Source: a virus (Duplodnaviria; Heunggongvirae; Uroviricota; Caudoviricetes). Taken from it: DNA of 8,693 bases. Under the pieces are notes generated by a model. It saw only the letters and a program-made list of their open reading frames with translations. It was not told the origin of the DNA and searched no databases. Positions 1-7,634 of the stretch are shown here, piece by piece (position 1 is the first letter of the stretch; each line of letters begins with the position of its first letter). Where the stretch lies: IMG/VR virus record IMGVR_UViG_2684622582_000003, positions 1 to 8,693 of that record; one strand, written 5' to 3'. The translations under genes were made by a program, and so were the position numbers.

Positions 1-9
1 GGTTATATG

Positions 10-1038
10 TTATTTCACCTGTACCACCACGAACTCATCCGGATCAGGGAGTACCATCAGCGGCGCGGACTGCGTCATGGTGAATTCACGGGCGGGATCA
101 CCCACTGTCATCCAGTGTTTCGGGTAACGGGAAGAGGCCACCACACCTTCCGACAACGCCTGCGCATCCTGAATGGCACCGTAACAACGGATCCCATCTG
201 CAGCAGTATTCCCCAGGACCAGCGTGCCATCTGGCAGATAACGTTTTTCGGTACCATCCTCTGATACATAAGACGTTTTCGCCACCACAATGGCCAGATC
301 GCCGTAATACCCCTTGAAGGACACCACTGCGCCCAGATCTTTCACTGCCGTTTCGAGTTGTGAATTTGAACCGCGACGGGTATCCAGTTTTTCGCGAAAC
401 AGCTTAAAACCATTCAGCAGACGCCAGACGGTACCGTCCATGATGGCAATATTCACAAGACCGCTGGCCTGGTCGCAGTAGAGGTCAATATCATGTGTAG
501 GATCGAACGTGTCACGATCCTGTTTTGACCATTCCTTACCGCTACCCTGTGTGATGTTATTCTTCGTCGACCTGCCAAAATCGACCTCAATTTTCTCGAA
601 CTGGTCTCCTTCCATGGTGTATTTGCCATACAACACAGCATTTACCGCCTGCATTTCTTCCACCTGGACAATCGCGTGCTCTTCCTGTTTGAGGTTATCG
701 GTAATGATACGCAGACGGCGGTAAGCCGGATCGTTCAGTTGAGATGGATCTTCACCAGGAAGGCGCTCAACCGCCTGCTGGTAATTAAATTCGTGTTTCG
801 GCTTGACGTAGCCCGGACGCAACACGCGGGTTTCACCCCCACGATGACGCAGCACTTTTCCTTCAACAACCGGGGAGACATAGGCCGCCACCGGCGTTTT
901 TCCGGTAATTTTGTCCAGCATCACCTCTTCGGTCTGGAAATTCACCGTACGGCGGAAAAACAGCTCCAGAAACAGCGCACGAAATTTAACTTTTTGTTCG
1001 GTATAACCGAGCAACTGGCGGGTCGTAAACAATCCCAT
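10..1038 (-). CDS. E: Major capsid protein, lambda gpE-like
   Basis: 342-aa ORF with ATG start (lambda E is 341 aa). Long collinear similarity to lambda gpE as recalled (e.g. PGYVKPKHE, AYRRxRII, EEMQAV, KYTMxGExF, RGSNSxLETAVKDLG, GDPAREFTMxQSAPLM). Lies directly downstream of the D homolog as in lambda; AAGGA-like SD about 9 nt upstream. Confidence 0.95.
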   Translation of the reverse strand: MGLFTTRQLLGYTEQKVKFRALFLELFFRRTVNFQTEEVMLDKITGKTPVAAYVSPVVEGKVLRHRGGETRVLRPGYVKPKHEFNYQQAVERLPGEDPSQLNDPAYRRLRIITDNLKQEEHAIVQVEEMQAVNAVLYGKYTMEGDQFEKIEVDFGRSTKNNITQGSGKEWSKQDRDTFDPTHDIDLYCDQASGLVNIAIMDGTVWRLLNGFKLFREKLDTRRGSNSQLETAVKDLGAVVSFKGYYGDLAIVVAKTSYVSEDGTEKRYLPDGTLVLGNTAADGIRCYGAIQDAQALSEGVVASSRYPKHWMTVGDPAREFTMTQSAPLMVLPDPDEFVVVQVK

Positions 1039-1065
1039 AAATCAGTTCCTTCATTCAGAAATAAG

Positions 1066-1087
1066 TCAGGCCACCGCAGTGGCCTGA
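1066..1087 (-). promoter_or_regulatory. Perfect 9-bp stem / 4-nt loop hairpin in the D-E intergenic region
   Basis: tcaggccac-cgca-gtggcctga read directly. Sits 8 nt after the D stop and 28 nt before the E start; on the mRNA strand it is followed by CUUAUUUCU. Function not determinable from sequence. Confidence 0.45.
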
Positions 1088-1094
1088 TAATGTG

Positions 1095-1442
1095 TTACGG
1101 CAGCGCCGCATGACTCAGGGCACTACCGGAAAAGGCGTTGGCCTTTTTGTGTTCATCCACACTCTCAGGCCAGTGAATTGCCTCCGTCGCAAAAGTCCCC
1201 GACTTGTAATACGTCAGTACCGTCTCTGTGCCTTCAAGCGGCAGTACCAGTATGCCAACCGCACCACCGGCTTTCTGTCCGTCCCAGACCACCAGTTTCC
1301 CGGTGGCCTCATCCAGCATCAGAGGCGTCAGAGCCGGTGTCGCCGAGGAAATCCCGCTGCTACCTGTGGCTGTATGAGCCGGATCATTACCGGAAAAAAT
1401 ACGTACTTCCGCACGCTGTTCAGTGATGGTTTTCGTTACCAT
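1095..1442 (-). CDS. D: Head decoration protein, lambda gpD-like
   Basis: 115-aa ORF with ATG start (lambda D is 110 aa). Matches recalled gpD motifs (DPAHTAT, TPLMLD, KLVxWDG, GAAVGIL, YKSGTF). Position between C and E as in lambda; GAGG SD upstream. Confidence 0.93.
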   Translation of the reverse strand: MVTKTITEQRAEVRIFSGNDPAHTATGSSGISSATPALTPLMLDEATGKLVVWDGQKAGGAVGILVLPLEGTETVLTYYKSGTFATEAIHWPESVDEHKKANAFSGSALSHAALP

Positions 1443-1478
1443 ATTATTAAAACCTCATATTGATGATCAGCAGTGGCT

Positions 1479-2264
1479 TTATGGCATGGCCATGAGCATT
1501 TTTACGTCCGCATCACCGTCTGCTGACGTTTGTGACATGCCGCCCTGTACCGCTGCCGGTGAATGGTTCGCCATGAAACGTTCAAACATGGATGTCGTGG
1601 AGGCAGAGACTGGTTCAGCTTTACCTGATGCAGCAGCCAGTACAGCCCGGGCATTCTCCACGGACATCCCCGGGCAGGCCGCCAGTTTTTCAGCCTGCGC
1701 CTCAGCCCCTTTCGCCTCATCCAGGGCCATGATTTGATCACGGAGTGATAGTCCGGCATCCGCCCGTGGTGAAGCAGCCAGGATCGGGCGGGCTTTTTCC
1801 ACTGTCATATCCGGCATCGCCGCCAGCGTTGCAGCCAGTTGTTCACGACCTTTCGCTTCTTCACACGCCATAATGCGATCGGCTTCACTCAGCGGGGATG
1901 CCTCCGGCTGCTGCGGTGCCGCCGCTGCCAGAATCGCCCGGGCCTGCTCAACGCTCATGCCCTGTTGTCCTGCCAGCATCGAGGCAAGCTGTTCACGTCC
2001 TTTCGCTTCCTGGCATGTCAGGATCCCCATCACTCGCTGGTTCTCCTGCGCGACGGCTTCCGTTGCAGTTAATTGCGGCATAGTGCCTCCTGTATCATGT
2101 GTGTTCAGCGTCGCGGCCATCACGCTGATGGCATCCGACGCATTGATTAATTCATCCGCCAGCCCGGCCTCAATACCTGACTGCCCTTCAAAAACTGCGG
2201 CCTCTGTCCCCATAACCGTATCCACAGATAAACCGGTATACATCGCCACTTTTTCAGCAAACAT
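1479..2264 (-). CDS. Nu3: Candidate nested scaffolding protein, Nu3-like (in-frame internal start within C)
   Basis: Inference from lambda, where Nu3 is made from an internal in-frame start at about codon 239 of C and shares its stop. Here in-frame ATGs exist at codon 241 (2262-2264) and codon 231 (2292-2294). The exact start cannot be fixed from sequence. Confidence 0.35.
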   Translation of the reverse strand: MFAEKVAMYTGLSVDTVMGTEAAVFEGQSGIEAGLADELINASDAISVMAATLNTHDTGGTMPQLTATEAVAQENQRVMGILTCQEAKGREQLASMLAGQQGMSVEQARAILAAAAPQQPEASPLSEADRIMACEEAKGREQLAATLAAMPDMTVEKARPILAASPRADAGLSLRDQIMALDEAKGAEAQAEKLAACPGMSVENARAVLAAASGKAEPVSASTTSMFERFMANHSPAAVQGGMSQTSADGDADVKMLMAMP

Positions 2265-2984
2265 CCGGCGCGCCGCATCAATGCGCTGCTGCATGTCCTG
2301 GCGAACCTCTGACGGCAGGGATTCAAACTGATTGCCATCCACCTTGTGCGATCCGGCGTAAATAAGCGTGATATCAACACCGGCCTGCGCCAGATGACCG
2401 GCATAGCTGACATGGCTCATCATCACACCAATGGAGCCGATACGTGATGTCTGGGTAATCAGCCGTCGGGAACAGGCCGATGCCAGCAGCATTGCCGCAG
2501 AGCAGGCCGTGTCATTGCACAGCGCCCAGACAGGCTTCTGCTGCCGGAGGCGGTAAATCATGTCAGCGCAGTCAAACGCGCCGGCGGCCTGTCCACCAGG
2601 GCTGTCAATATCCAGCAGTACACCCCGCACCTGGGTATCCGACATTGCCTGCTGAAGACAGGCGACAATGCCGTCATAACCTGTCATTCCGGAAAAAGGC
2701 CGCATGCCACCCAGCCGGTGCACCAGCGTGCCTGTCACCGGCAGTACAGCAATACCATTCACCACCCTGTAAACACGGGCCGGTCGTTTTCCTCCGGCCA
2801 TGTACTCGTCCGTTTCAGCCAGCATCCCGGGAGCATCAAGCTGTACCTGCTGTTGCGGTACCGAAAGACTTGTCGCACCCATCTCACGCCCCAGCGCGCA
2901 AAAGAAAACCCGCGCATAGGCGGGCTCCAGAAGCAGCGGTTCATTGAATGCTGCTGCAATAATGTGTGAAAGATTACGTCTCAC
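1479..2984 (-). CDS. C: Head maturation protease / scaffold fusion, lambda gpC-like (S49/ClpP-like fold), with expanded C-terminal repeat region
   Basis: 501-aa ORF (lambda C is 439 aa). N-terminal two-thirds collinear with recalled gpC (AFNEPLxLEPAYARVFFCAL, NGIAVLPVxGTL, YSGMTGYxGI, GGxxAGAFDCAD, KPVWAL, GSIGVMMxH, ITLIYxGSHKVDGN). Start is GTG at 2984 with GAGGAG SD about 10 nt upstream; overlaps the B stop by 11 nt. Confidence 0.9.
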   Translation of the reverse strand: MRRNLSHIIAAAFNEPLLLEPAYARVFFCALGREMGATSLSVPQQQVQLDAPGMLAETDEYMAGGKRPARVYRVVNGIAVLPVTGTLVHRLGGMRPFSGMTGYDGIVACLQQAMSDTQVRGVLLDIDSPGGQAAGAFDCADMIYRLRQQKPVWALCNDTACSAAMLLASACSRRLITQTSRIGSIGVMMSHVSYAGHLAQAGVDITLIYAGSHKVDGNQFESLPSEVRQDMQQRIDAARRMFAEKVAMYTGLSVDTVMGTEAAVFEGQSGIEAGLADELINASDAISVMAATLNTHDTGGTMPQLTATEAVAQENQRVMGILTCQEAKGREQLASMLAGQQGMSVEQARAILAAAAPQQPEASPLSEADRIMACEEAKGREQLAATLAAMPDMTVEKARPILAASPRADAGLSLRDQIMALDEAKGAEAQAEKLAACPGMSVENARAVLAAASGKAEPVSASTTSMFERFMANHSPAAVQGGMSQTSADGDADVKMLMAMP

Positions 2985-4566
2985 GTGGTGTTGTCTCCTC
3001 TTCCGGCCTGCGACTCTCCGCTATCTGCTGCTGATACGCCTGCGCTATCCACACCGGGCGTGAGAGCCCGGCTTTTTCCCGCTCTGCGGATTCCCTGACC
3101 TGCTGGCGGAAAATGTCCTGATAATCCTCGCCCATCAGTGCCAGTTCTTTCTCATACGTGCTCAGTCCGGCCTCAATGCGCATCACCGACTCCTGAACCT
3201 CCTTGAGTCCATCGATGGCCATTCTTCCGGAGCCAATCCACTCTGCCCGTGACCAGGCTGAACGCGCCTGATAAAAATCAAAACGCGCCCGTGGCGGACG
3301 AATAATCCCCCGAAGAAGCGCCTCTTCCAGCCAGCAGGAAAACATCTGCGTGGCCAGCCGGGACGCAATAAATTTTCGTCGCCCCATAAAATAACGCCAC
3401 GACTCATTGGCTGAGGCACGGGCACTTGAGTAACTGACCTTCGAGTAATCACGGGACAACTGTTCGTAGGAAACGCCAAGACCGGCGGCGATATACCGCA
3501 GCAGCGCCTGTTCAAGCGCAGAAAATCCATTATCTGAATCCTGCGCAGTCTGCAATTTCAAATCATCCCCGGGGAAAAGGTGCGGAATTTTGACACCGCC
3601 CAGCGTCACGTTATTCGTGTCATACCAGCGGGTGAACTTCTCCAGAATATTAATGAGCGGATTATCCTGCTGACTCTGCGGTGCACCCGCGATATATTCA
3701 AAGGCCTTTTCGGTATCGAGTTCACTTTCAATCGTCGCTGCATACATCGCCTTCACTATGGCCGACTGAAGCTGCGTGGTCTGCAGGGAATCGAGCATTT
3801 TCAGCCGTTCCATGACGCTGTAAAACTGATTAGCCCCACGGGTCTGCCCGTCCTCAACCGGCTCGAAAATATGCAGCATGGCCGGACGCCCGGTGGGAAG
3901 TTCACGCGGGATCCGTTCCCATCGTCCACTACCAGAGAACGGAAAATCATCCTCACAGATATGGTACGCAACGGCCCGTCCATACCGATCGACTTCCACC
4001 CCGGCCCGCAGGAAACGGTTACCCATACCGTGTCCCGGCGTGTCCACCCGTTTAGGGCTCACGGCTTTAAAACGCGTGCGGAATAACCGCGTGGTTTCCG
4101 TATCCCAGACCGGCTGCACAAAGATTTCACCGTTAAATGCATGAACGCCCACACCTTCACGGATAAATTCCGTAAAGGTGCGTTTCCCTTCCACATCGAT
4201 CTCGCCAAACATTCCTTCCGCGTATTCCGACCAGGCCGCCTCCACCTCATCGACAAAGATTTTTGCCGCGGACTCCCGCATCCCAAGCCAGCGCCAGTTC
4301 GGACGGTAACTAATAAGAAACATGTGCCCGACAATGTGATCCTTATGCAGGGCCACCGCATTGGCCGCTATACCGTTATTGCGTACCAGATCATCTGCAC
4401 GGGCATTCCCCAGACGCAACGCAGGCAGCAGGGCAGCATCAACACCCTGCGCCGGTGGTAACCACTCGGCCATTTGCCCGCCAAATCCTGCGCCGCCCCC
4501 GTTGTAGCTGAGACTCTCACGAAGCGGAACGCCGTTCACATCAATCAGGACTGGCGTTCGTTTCAT
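2974..4566 (-). CDS. B: Portal protein, lambda gpB-like
   Basis: 530-aa ORF (lambda B is 533 aa). N-terminus matches recalled gpB (GGGxGFGGQ, VDAALLPxxxxGNARADDLVRNNGxAANAxxLHxDHIVG). The ATG start overlaps the W stop as ATGA. Confidence 0.95.
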   Translation of the reverse strand: MKRTPVLIDVNGVPLRESLSYNGGGAGFGGQMAEWLPPAQGVDAALLPALRLGNARADDLVRNNGIAANAVALHKDHIVGHMFLISYRPNWRWLGMRESAAKIFVDEVEAAWSEYAEGMFGEIDVEGKRTFTEFIREGVGVHAFNGEIFVQPVWDTETTRLFRTRFKAVSPKRVDTPGHGMGNRFLRAGVEVDRYGRAVAYHICEDDFPFSGSGRWERIPRELPTGRPAMLHIFEPVEDGQTRGANQFYSVMERLKMLDSLQTTQLQSAIVKAMYAATIESELDTEKAFEYIAGAPQSQQDNPLINILEKFTRWYDTNNVTLGGVKIPHLFPGDDLKLQTAQDSDNGFSALEQALLRYIAAGLGVSYEQLSRDYSKVSYSSARASANESWRYFMGRRKFIASRLATQMFSCWLEEALLRGIIRPPRARFDFYQARSAWSRAEWIGSGRMAIDGLKEVQESVMRIEAGLSTYEKELALMGEDYQDIFRQQVRESAEREKAGLSRPVWIAQAYQQQIAESRRPEEETTPRET

Positions 4567-4766
4567 AACCTCACTCCCAGCGGGCGACGGCGGCGGGTTG
4601 TCCCCAGTACCGACTCCGCATCATTGATAGCACGATTAAGCTCATCCAGAGAGGCTGCCGTATATTCAATTCTGCGACCATCTTTCTGGACCGACACCAC
4701 CCGTTTACCGGTTAATAAATCAAGACGCGCCTGACGCAGCGCCTGCAGTTCAGCGACTGTTACCAT
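4563..4766 (-). CDS. W: Head-tail joining / DNA-stabilisation protein, lambda gpW-like
   Basis: 67-aa ORF (lambda W is 68 aa) with motifs LxTGKRVxxVQKDGRRxEYTAxS and TxRRR. ATG start at 4766 overlaps the end of A by 17 nt. Confidence 0.9.
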   Translation of the reverse strand: MVTVAELQALRQARLDLLTGKRVVSVQKDGRRIEYTAASLDELNRAINDAESVLGTTRRRRPLGVRL

Positions 4767-6678
4767 TCACTCCTCCGGACAGCTTCGCTGCCAGTTCTTC
4801 AAGGGTTGGCCGGGTCGTCTCTTCTTCCCGGGATTTTGCCAGTACAGCCAAATCAAGCTGCCAGCGTTGCATGGACACACGTAATGCTGCGTAGGCATAC
4901 ACCAGGCAGTCCAGCGCTTCGTTACGCCGCTTTTTGTTATCCCACAGCAGGCGCATCTTTCCTTTTTCCCACTTCTCCACAAGCTCTTCCGCGACCAGTT
5001 GCTGCGCCTCTGTCTGCGAAAAAATCTCCGGATTATCAGGAAAACGGATGGCATACGATGTGGCTTCATCCGCAGGTGTGGGACTGGCTTTCATACGGGC
5101 ATAGAGAATTTCTTTTGCGGTGTCCGTCCCCACTTCACACAGATACACGCCCCGCTGATTGCGGGTTTTCGGCATGGTGATCACCGGCTTGCCATAGACA
5201 GACGCGCCTTTTACCGGCAGCACACGGAAAACACCGTGTTTTTTTGACCTCTGATAGACGATTTCGCCATCGATCCCCCCGGTGTCCCAGCAGACACGGG
5301 AAATGGTCATTTCGGTGCCATCCGCATGGCGGTATTTTTTGTTAATCACCGCGTCCACACGTAACAGCGTCTCTTCCTCATCAGGACGCCCCATAATGAT
5401 GATTTTATCCACCAGAAAAGCTTCCTCTCCCGGTGCCCATCCCCAGACATACATCTCAAAACGGTTTCGCTGCGAGTCAATGCCCGCCGTCAGATAAACC
5501 ACCCTGTCAGGTACCGCCGCCGTGTAGTGCACGACCTTATCCATCAGAACCTGGTGATCGAGTTTTTCGCCTACGGCCTCTTCGTAGGTCTCGCCCAGCG
5601 TGGTGTTCACAAAGGTTTTCAGGCCGTTAGGATCTTTCAGCGCATCCAGCCAGTCATAGACTATCTGTACCCAGGTGGTAAACGGGCTATAGACCGTCCA
5701 GATGTGGAAAGTGATGGATCGCGGTGGCGGCATCTCCTCATCACCCGCGCTGTAAAATGTCAGGCCGTCACGTGTCCACATTCCTGTATTGTCACAAATC
5801 CAGCGCCCGTCAGTCTGGTCAAGTTCCGACTGACGGATCACACAGCCATTATGCTCACACAGGTAATACACCGTTTCCGGTTTACCCTTCTCCCATTTCA
5901 GGCCAAACGGCGTGGATTCATCACCAAACTTCAGATACTGCATCTCCCCACAATGAGGACAAGGAACATAAAACCGCATGAAATGCGCCGACTCGTTAGC
6001 GGCTTTTTCGATCTGGCAGGTGCCTTTGGTTTTGGGCGTCGAGCCGCGTATGGATTTAGGCCATACCGAACCTTCAATACGTTTATCGCCAAGCAGTGTT
6101 GGCGAACCTTCTTTTTCCACATCCGGTTCAAACGAGGAGAGTTCGTCATAACAGACCACATCCACAGATTTTTCACGGTAATTTTTTGCTGCCGCGCCAC
6201 CCAGACACCAGAAACCCACGCCGGAGGAAAAACGCTTCAGGGTGAGCGTATTATCGCGGTGTTTTCTTCCGAACCATGGAGCCAGATCCAGCAATGCAGG
6301 AACATCCCTTATTGTTGGCTCGACATGAGATTTCATGAAATCCTCGGCGGCAGAATCTGTTGGCTGAAAAAGCAGACTGTTACGGGATTTATGCTCAATG
6401 AAATAGGCTTCCACCCCTAACAGCATTTTGGTATAACCGACGCGCGCCGATTTAATCAGATTAATGGTGCGGATCCGGTCATTTCCCATGCTGTTCATAA
6501 TGGCAACCTGAAACGGCAGTGTTTCCCATTTCCCGGGAGTATATGAAGATTCTTTCGGCAGATAATAATGTTGATCAGCCCACTGAACTGTTGTCAGTGG
6601 AACCGGAATATTGAGAGATAAAAGCCCTGTAGCTATCGCACCGGCTGCATTAGCTGCCTTCTGTGCGTCTGAAATCAT
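4750..6678 (-). CDS. A: Terminase large subunit, lambda gpA-like
   Basis: Near full-length collinear similarity to lambda gpA as recalled (WADxxYYLPKES, WETLPFQ, SARVGYxKMLLGV, HVEPTIRD, KRFxxGxGFWCLGG, YDELxxF, [26 protein letters not shown], [39 protein letters not shown]). The ORF track begins at a non-ATG codon at 6720; I place the start at the ATG at 6676-6678 (MISDAQ...), which gives a lambda-like N-terminal length and a lambda-like overlap with Nu1. Confidence 0.93.
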   Translation of the reverse strand: MISDAQKAANAAGAIATGLLSLNIPVPLTTVQWADQHYYLPKESSYTPGKWETLPFQVAIMNSMGNDRIRTINLIKSARVGYTKMLLGVEAYFIEHKSRNSLLFQPTDSAAEDFMKSHVEPTIRDVPALLDLAPWFGRKHRDNTLTLKRFSSGVGFWCLGGAAAKNYREKSVDVVCYDELSSFEPDVEKEGSPTLLGDKRIEGSVWPKSIRGSTPKTKGTCQIEKAANESAHFMRFYVPCPHCGEMQYLKFGDESTPFGLKWEKGKPETVYYLCEHNGCVIRQSELDQTDGRWICDNTGMWTRDGLTFYSAGDEEMPPPRSITFHIWTVYSPFTTWVQIVYDWLDALKDPNGLKTFVNTTLGETYEEAVGEKLDHQVLMDKVVHYTAAVPDRVVYLTAGIDSQRNRFEMYVWGWAPGEEAFLVDKIIIMGRPDEEETLLRVDAVINKKYRHADGTEMTISRVCWDTGGIDGEIVYQRSKKHGVFRVLPVKGASVYGKPVITMPKTRNQRGVYLCEVGTDTAKEILYARMKASPTPADEATSYAIRFPDNPEIFSQTEAQQLVAEELVEKWEKGKMRLLWDNKKRRNEALDCLVYAYAALRVSMQRWQLDLAVLAKSREEETTRPTLEELAAKLSGGVNGNSR

Positions 6679-7198
6679 CGATCCACCCGCCCACGTTTTT
6701 ACCGACTTTAGCTGCAACATTGGAGGCTTTCGCGATTTCAGTTTTCACCACATCAAGATGTGATGGTGAAATGTCTGGATATTTACGCTGTAACGTCAAC
6801 GGCACACGCACAAGTATCCCCGAAATTTCCTGTGCTACACGTTGCAGAATGAAGGTAAACAATTCAGTTTCCAGAACCATTCCTTCTTCTCGGGCATTTT
6901 TCAGTTCCTGCGCATCTGCCTGTGCTTTTGTGAGTCGGTAGCGCTCATAGTCAATGGTGCCGGGTTGTAAATCTGACTCCGCAGCCGCACGCAAATCGTC
7001 CAGTTCTTTGCGGAGCTTTTCGTTTTCGATATCTTTTTCCCGCTGCGCATACCACTCAATGGCTTCTGCAGAATTGAACATGACCTCAATGCCTTTGCCA
7101 CCCCCCGACAAAACTCTCAGCCCCTGGCTTTGCCAACCAGTAATTGTTCTGACATCGCACTCAAAAATCTCTGCCAATTTCTTTTTATTAACCTTCAC
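6650..7198 (-). CDS. Nu1: Terminase small subunit, lambda gpNu1-like (N-terminal winged-HTH cosB-binding domain)
   Basis: Strong similarity to recalled lambda Nu1 (VNKKxLAxIF, RTIxxWQxQG, VLxGGGKGxEV, ENEKLRxExxxLR, [28 protein letters not shown]). No in-frame ATG aligns with the lambda start; the best fit is GTG at 7196-7198 (GTG-AAG-GTT-AAT against lambda ATG-GAA-GTC-AAC). An alternative GTG lies at 7205-7207. The start is about 176 nt from cosN, as in lambda. Confidence 0.88.
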   Translation of the reverse strand: MKVNKKKLAEIFECDVRTITGWQSQGLRVLSGGGKGIEVMFNSAEAIEWYAQREKDIENEKLRKELDDLRAAAESDLQPGTIDYERYRLTKAQADAQELKNAREEGMVLETELFTFILQRVAQEISGILVRVPLTLQRKYPDISPSHLDVVKTEIAKASNVAAKVGKNVGGWIDDFRRTEGS

Positions 7199-7206
7199 AA
7201 AACACA

Positions 7207-7373
7207 CCTGTCACAAAAAGAAGAAAGGATCTAAAAACGATTTTTTCAGCGAAAAATCACTGCTGCCAGATCCTTTCTTTTTTTAAAAAAGAATCTAGTA
7301 AACAACAAGTTACTCAGAAGAAGAACGGATCTGCTTTTTCCGGGAAAATTTTCATAAATAGCGAAAACCCGCG
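7207..7373. promoter_or_regulatory. cosB: terminase small-subunit binding region with three R-like repeats (R1 about 7215-7231, R2 about 7266-7280 inverted, R3 about 7316-7331) and an AT-rich spacer
   Basis: In lambda orientation the repeats read GATCCGTTCTTCTTCT (R3), AAAGAAAGGATCTGG (R2, inverted) and GATCCTTTCTTCTTTT (R1), in the same order, spacing and orientation as lambda R3/R2/R1 between cosN and Nu1. The AT-rich stretch between R3 and R2 (7281-7310) is where lambda carries its IHF site I1. The core differs from lambda (CGTTTCC). Confidence 0.8.
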
Positions 7374-7385
7374 AGGTCGCCGCCC
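7374..7385. other. cosN cohesive-end segment (12-nt 5' overhang; terminase nick sites flank this interval)
   Basis: The + strand aggtcgccgccc is the reverse complement of lambda's cohesive end GGGCGGCGACCT. Flanks cccgcg (7368-7373) and cgtaac (7386-7391) also match the lambda cosN flanks as recalled. Confidence 0.9.
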
Positions 7386-7634
7386 CGTAACCTGTCGGAT
7401 CGCTGGAAAGGACCCAGTAAATGAGAATAATTATCACTTGCGTTAATATCCTGTTTCTTCCACCCTCGCACAGGACTGGCGAGCATGAGGGACAAACCCG
7501 CGAATCATTAGCGCGGTAAAAACCCGGTGTGCATCGTTTTTGATTATTCCCGCACACTCGCGCAGAAGGAGTTCCCCGTCGGGCTGCGGTCATGGTTAAT
7601 GCGGGAATACGGCGACGATACAGCGCATGATGTG
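7386..7634. other. Noncoding genome right-end segment (expected to contain cosQ near cosN)
   Basis: Lies between the stop of the Rha-like gene and cosN. No convincing ORF; the only ORF here (7246-7593, minus) runs across cosN. cosQ is placed by position only (lambda has it a few tens of bp from cosN on the right-end side); I do not recognise a motif. Confidence 0.4.

Noticed and set aside
5527-6420. 297-aa ORF on the + strand (also 676-1113, 1873-2331, 2480-2947, 3580-4086, 4141-4461 and other + strand ORFs in the track)
   Set aside because: All lie antisense to strongly supported lambda-like structural genes. Their products are low-complexity, Arg/Cys/His-rich with no recognisable motifs, as expected for antisense frames of GC-rich coding DNA.
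6679-6720. N-terminal extension of the terminase large subunit to the ORF-track start at 6720
   Set aside because: The extension starts at a non-ATG codon and adds 14 residues with no counterpart in lambda gpA. The ATG at 6676-6678 gives the lambda-like N-terminal length and the lambda-like overlap with Nu1.
7498-7516. Short inverted repeat ccgcg...cgcgg (5-bp stem, 9-nt loop) in the right-end noncoding region
   Set aside because: Too short and weak to call a structured element or operator; could occur by chance.
7246-7593. 115-aa ORF on the minus strand running across cosN and cosB
   Set aside because: It spans the cohesive-end site and the terminase-binding repeats, so it would be split in virion DNA. 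No ATG or ribosome-binding site was verified and the product is low-complexity. It is most likely a chance ORF in the noncoding right-end/cos region.
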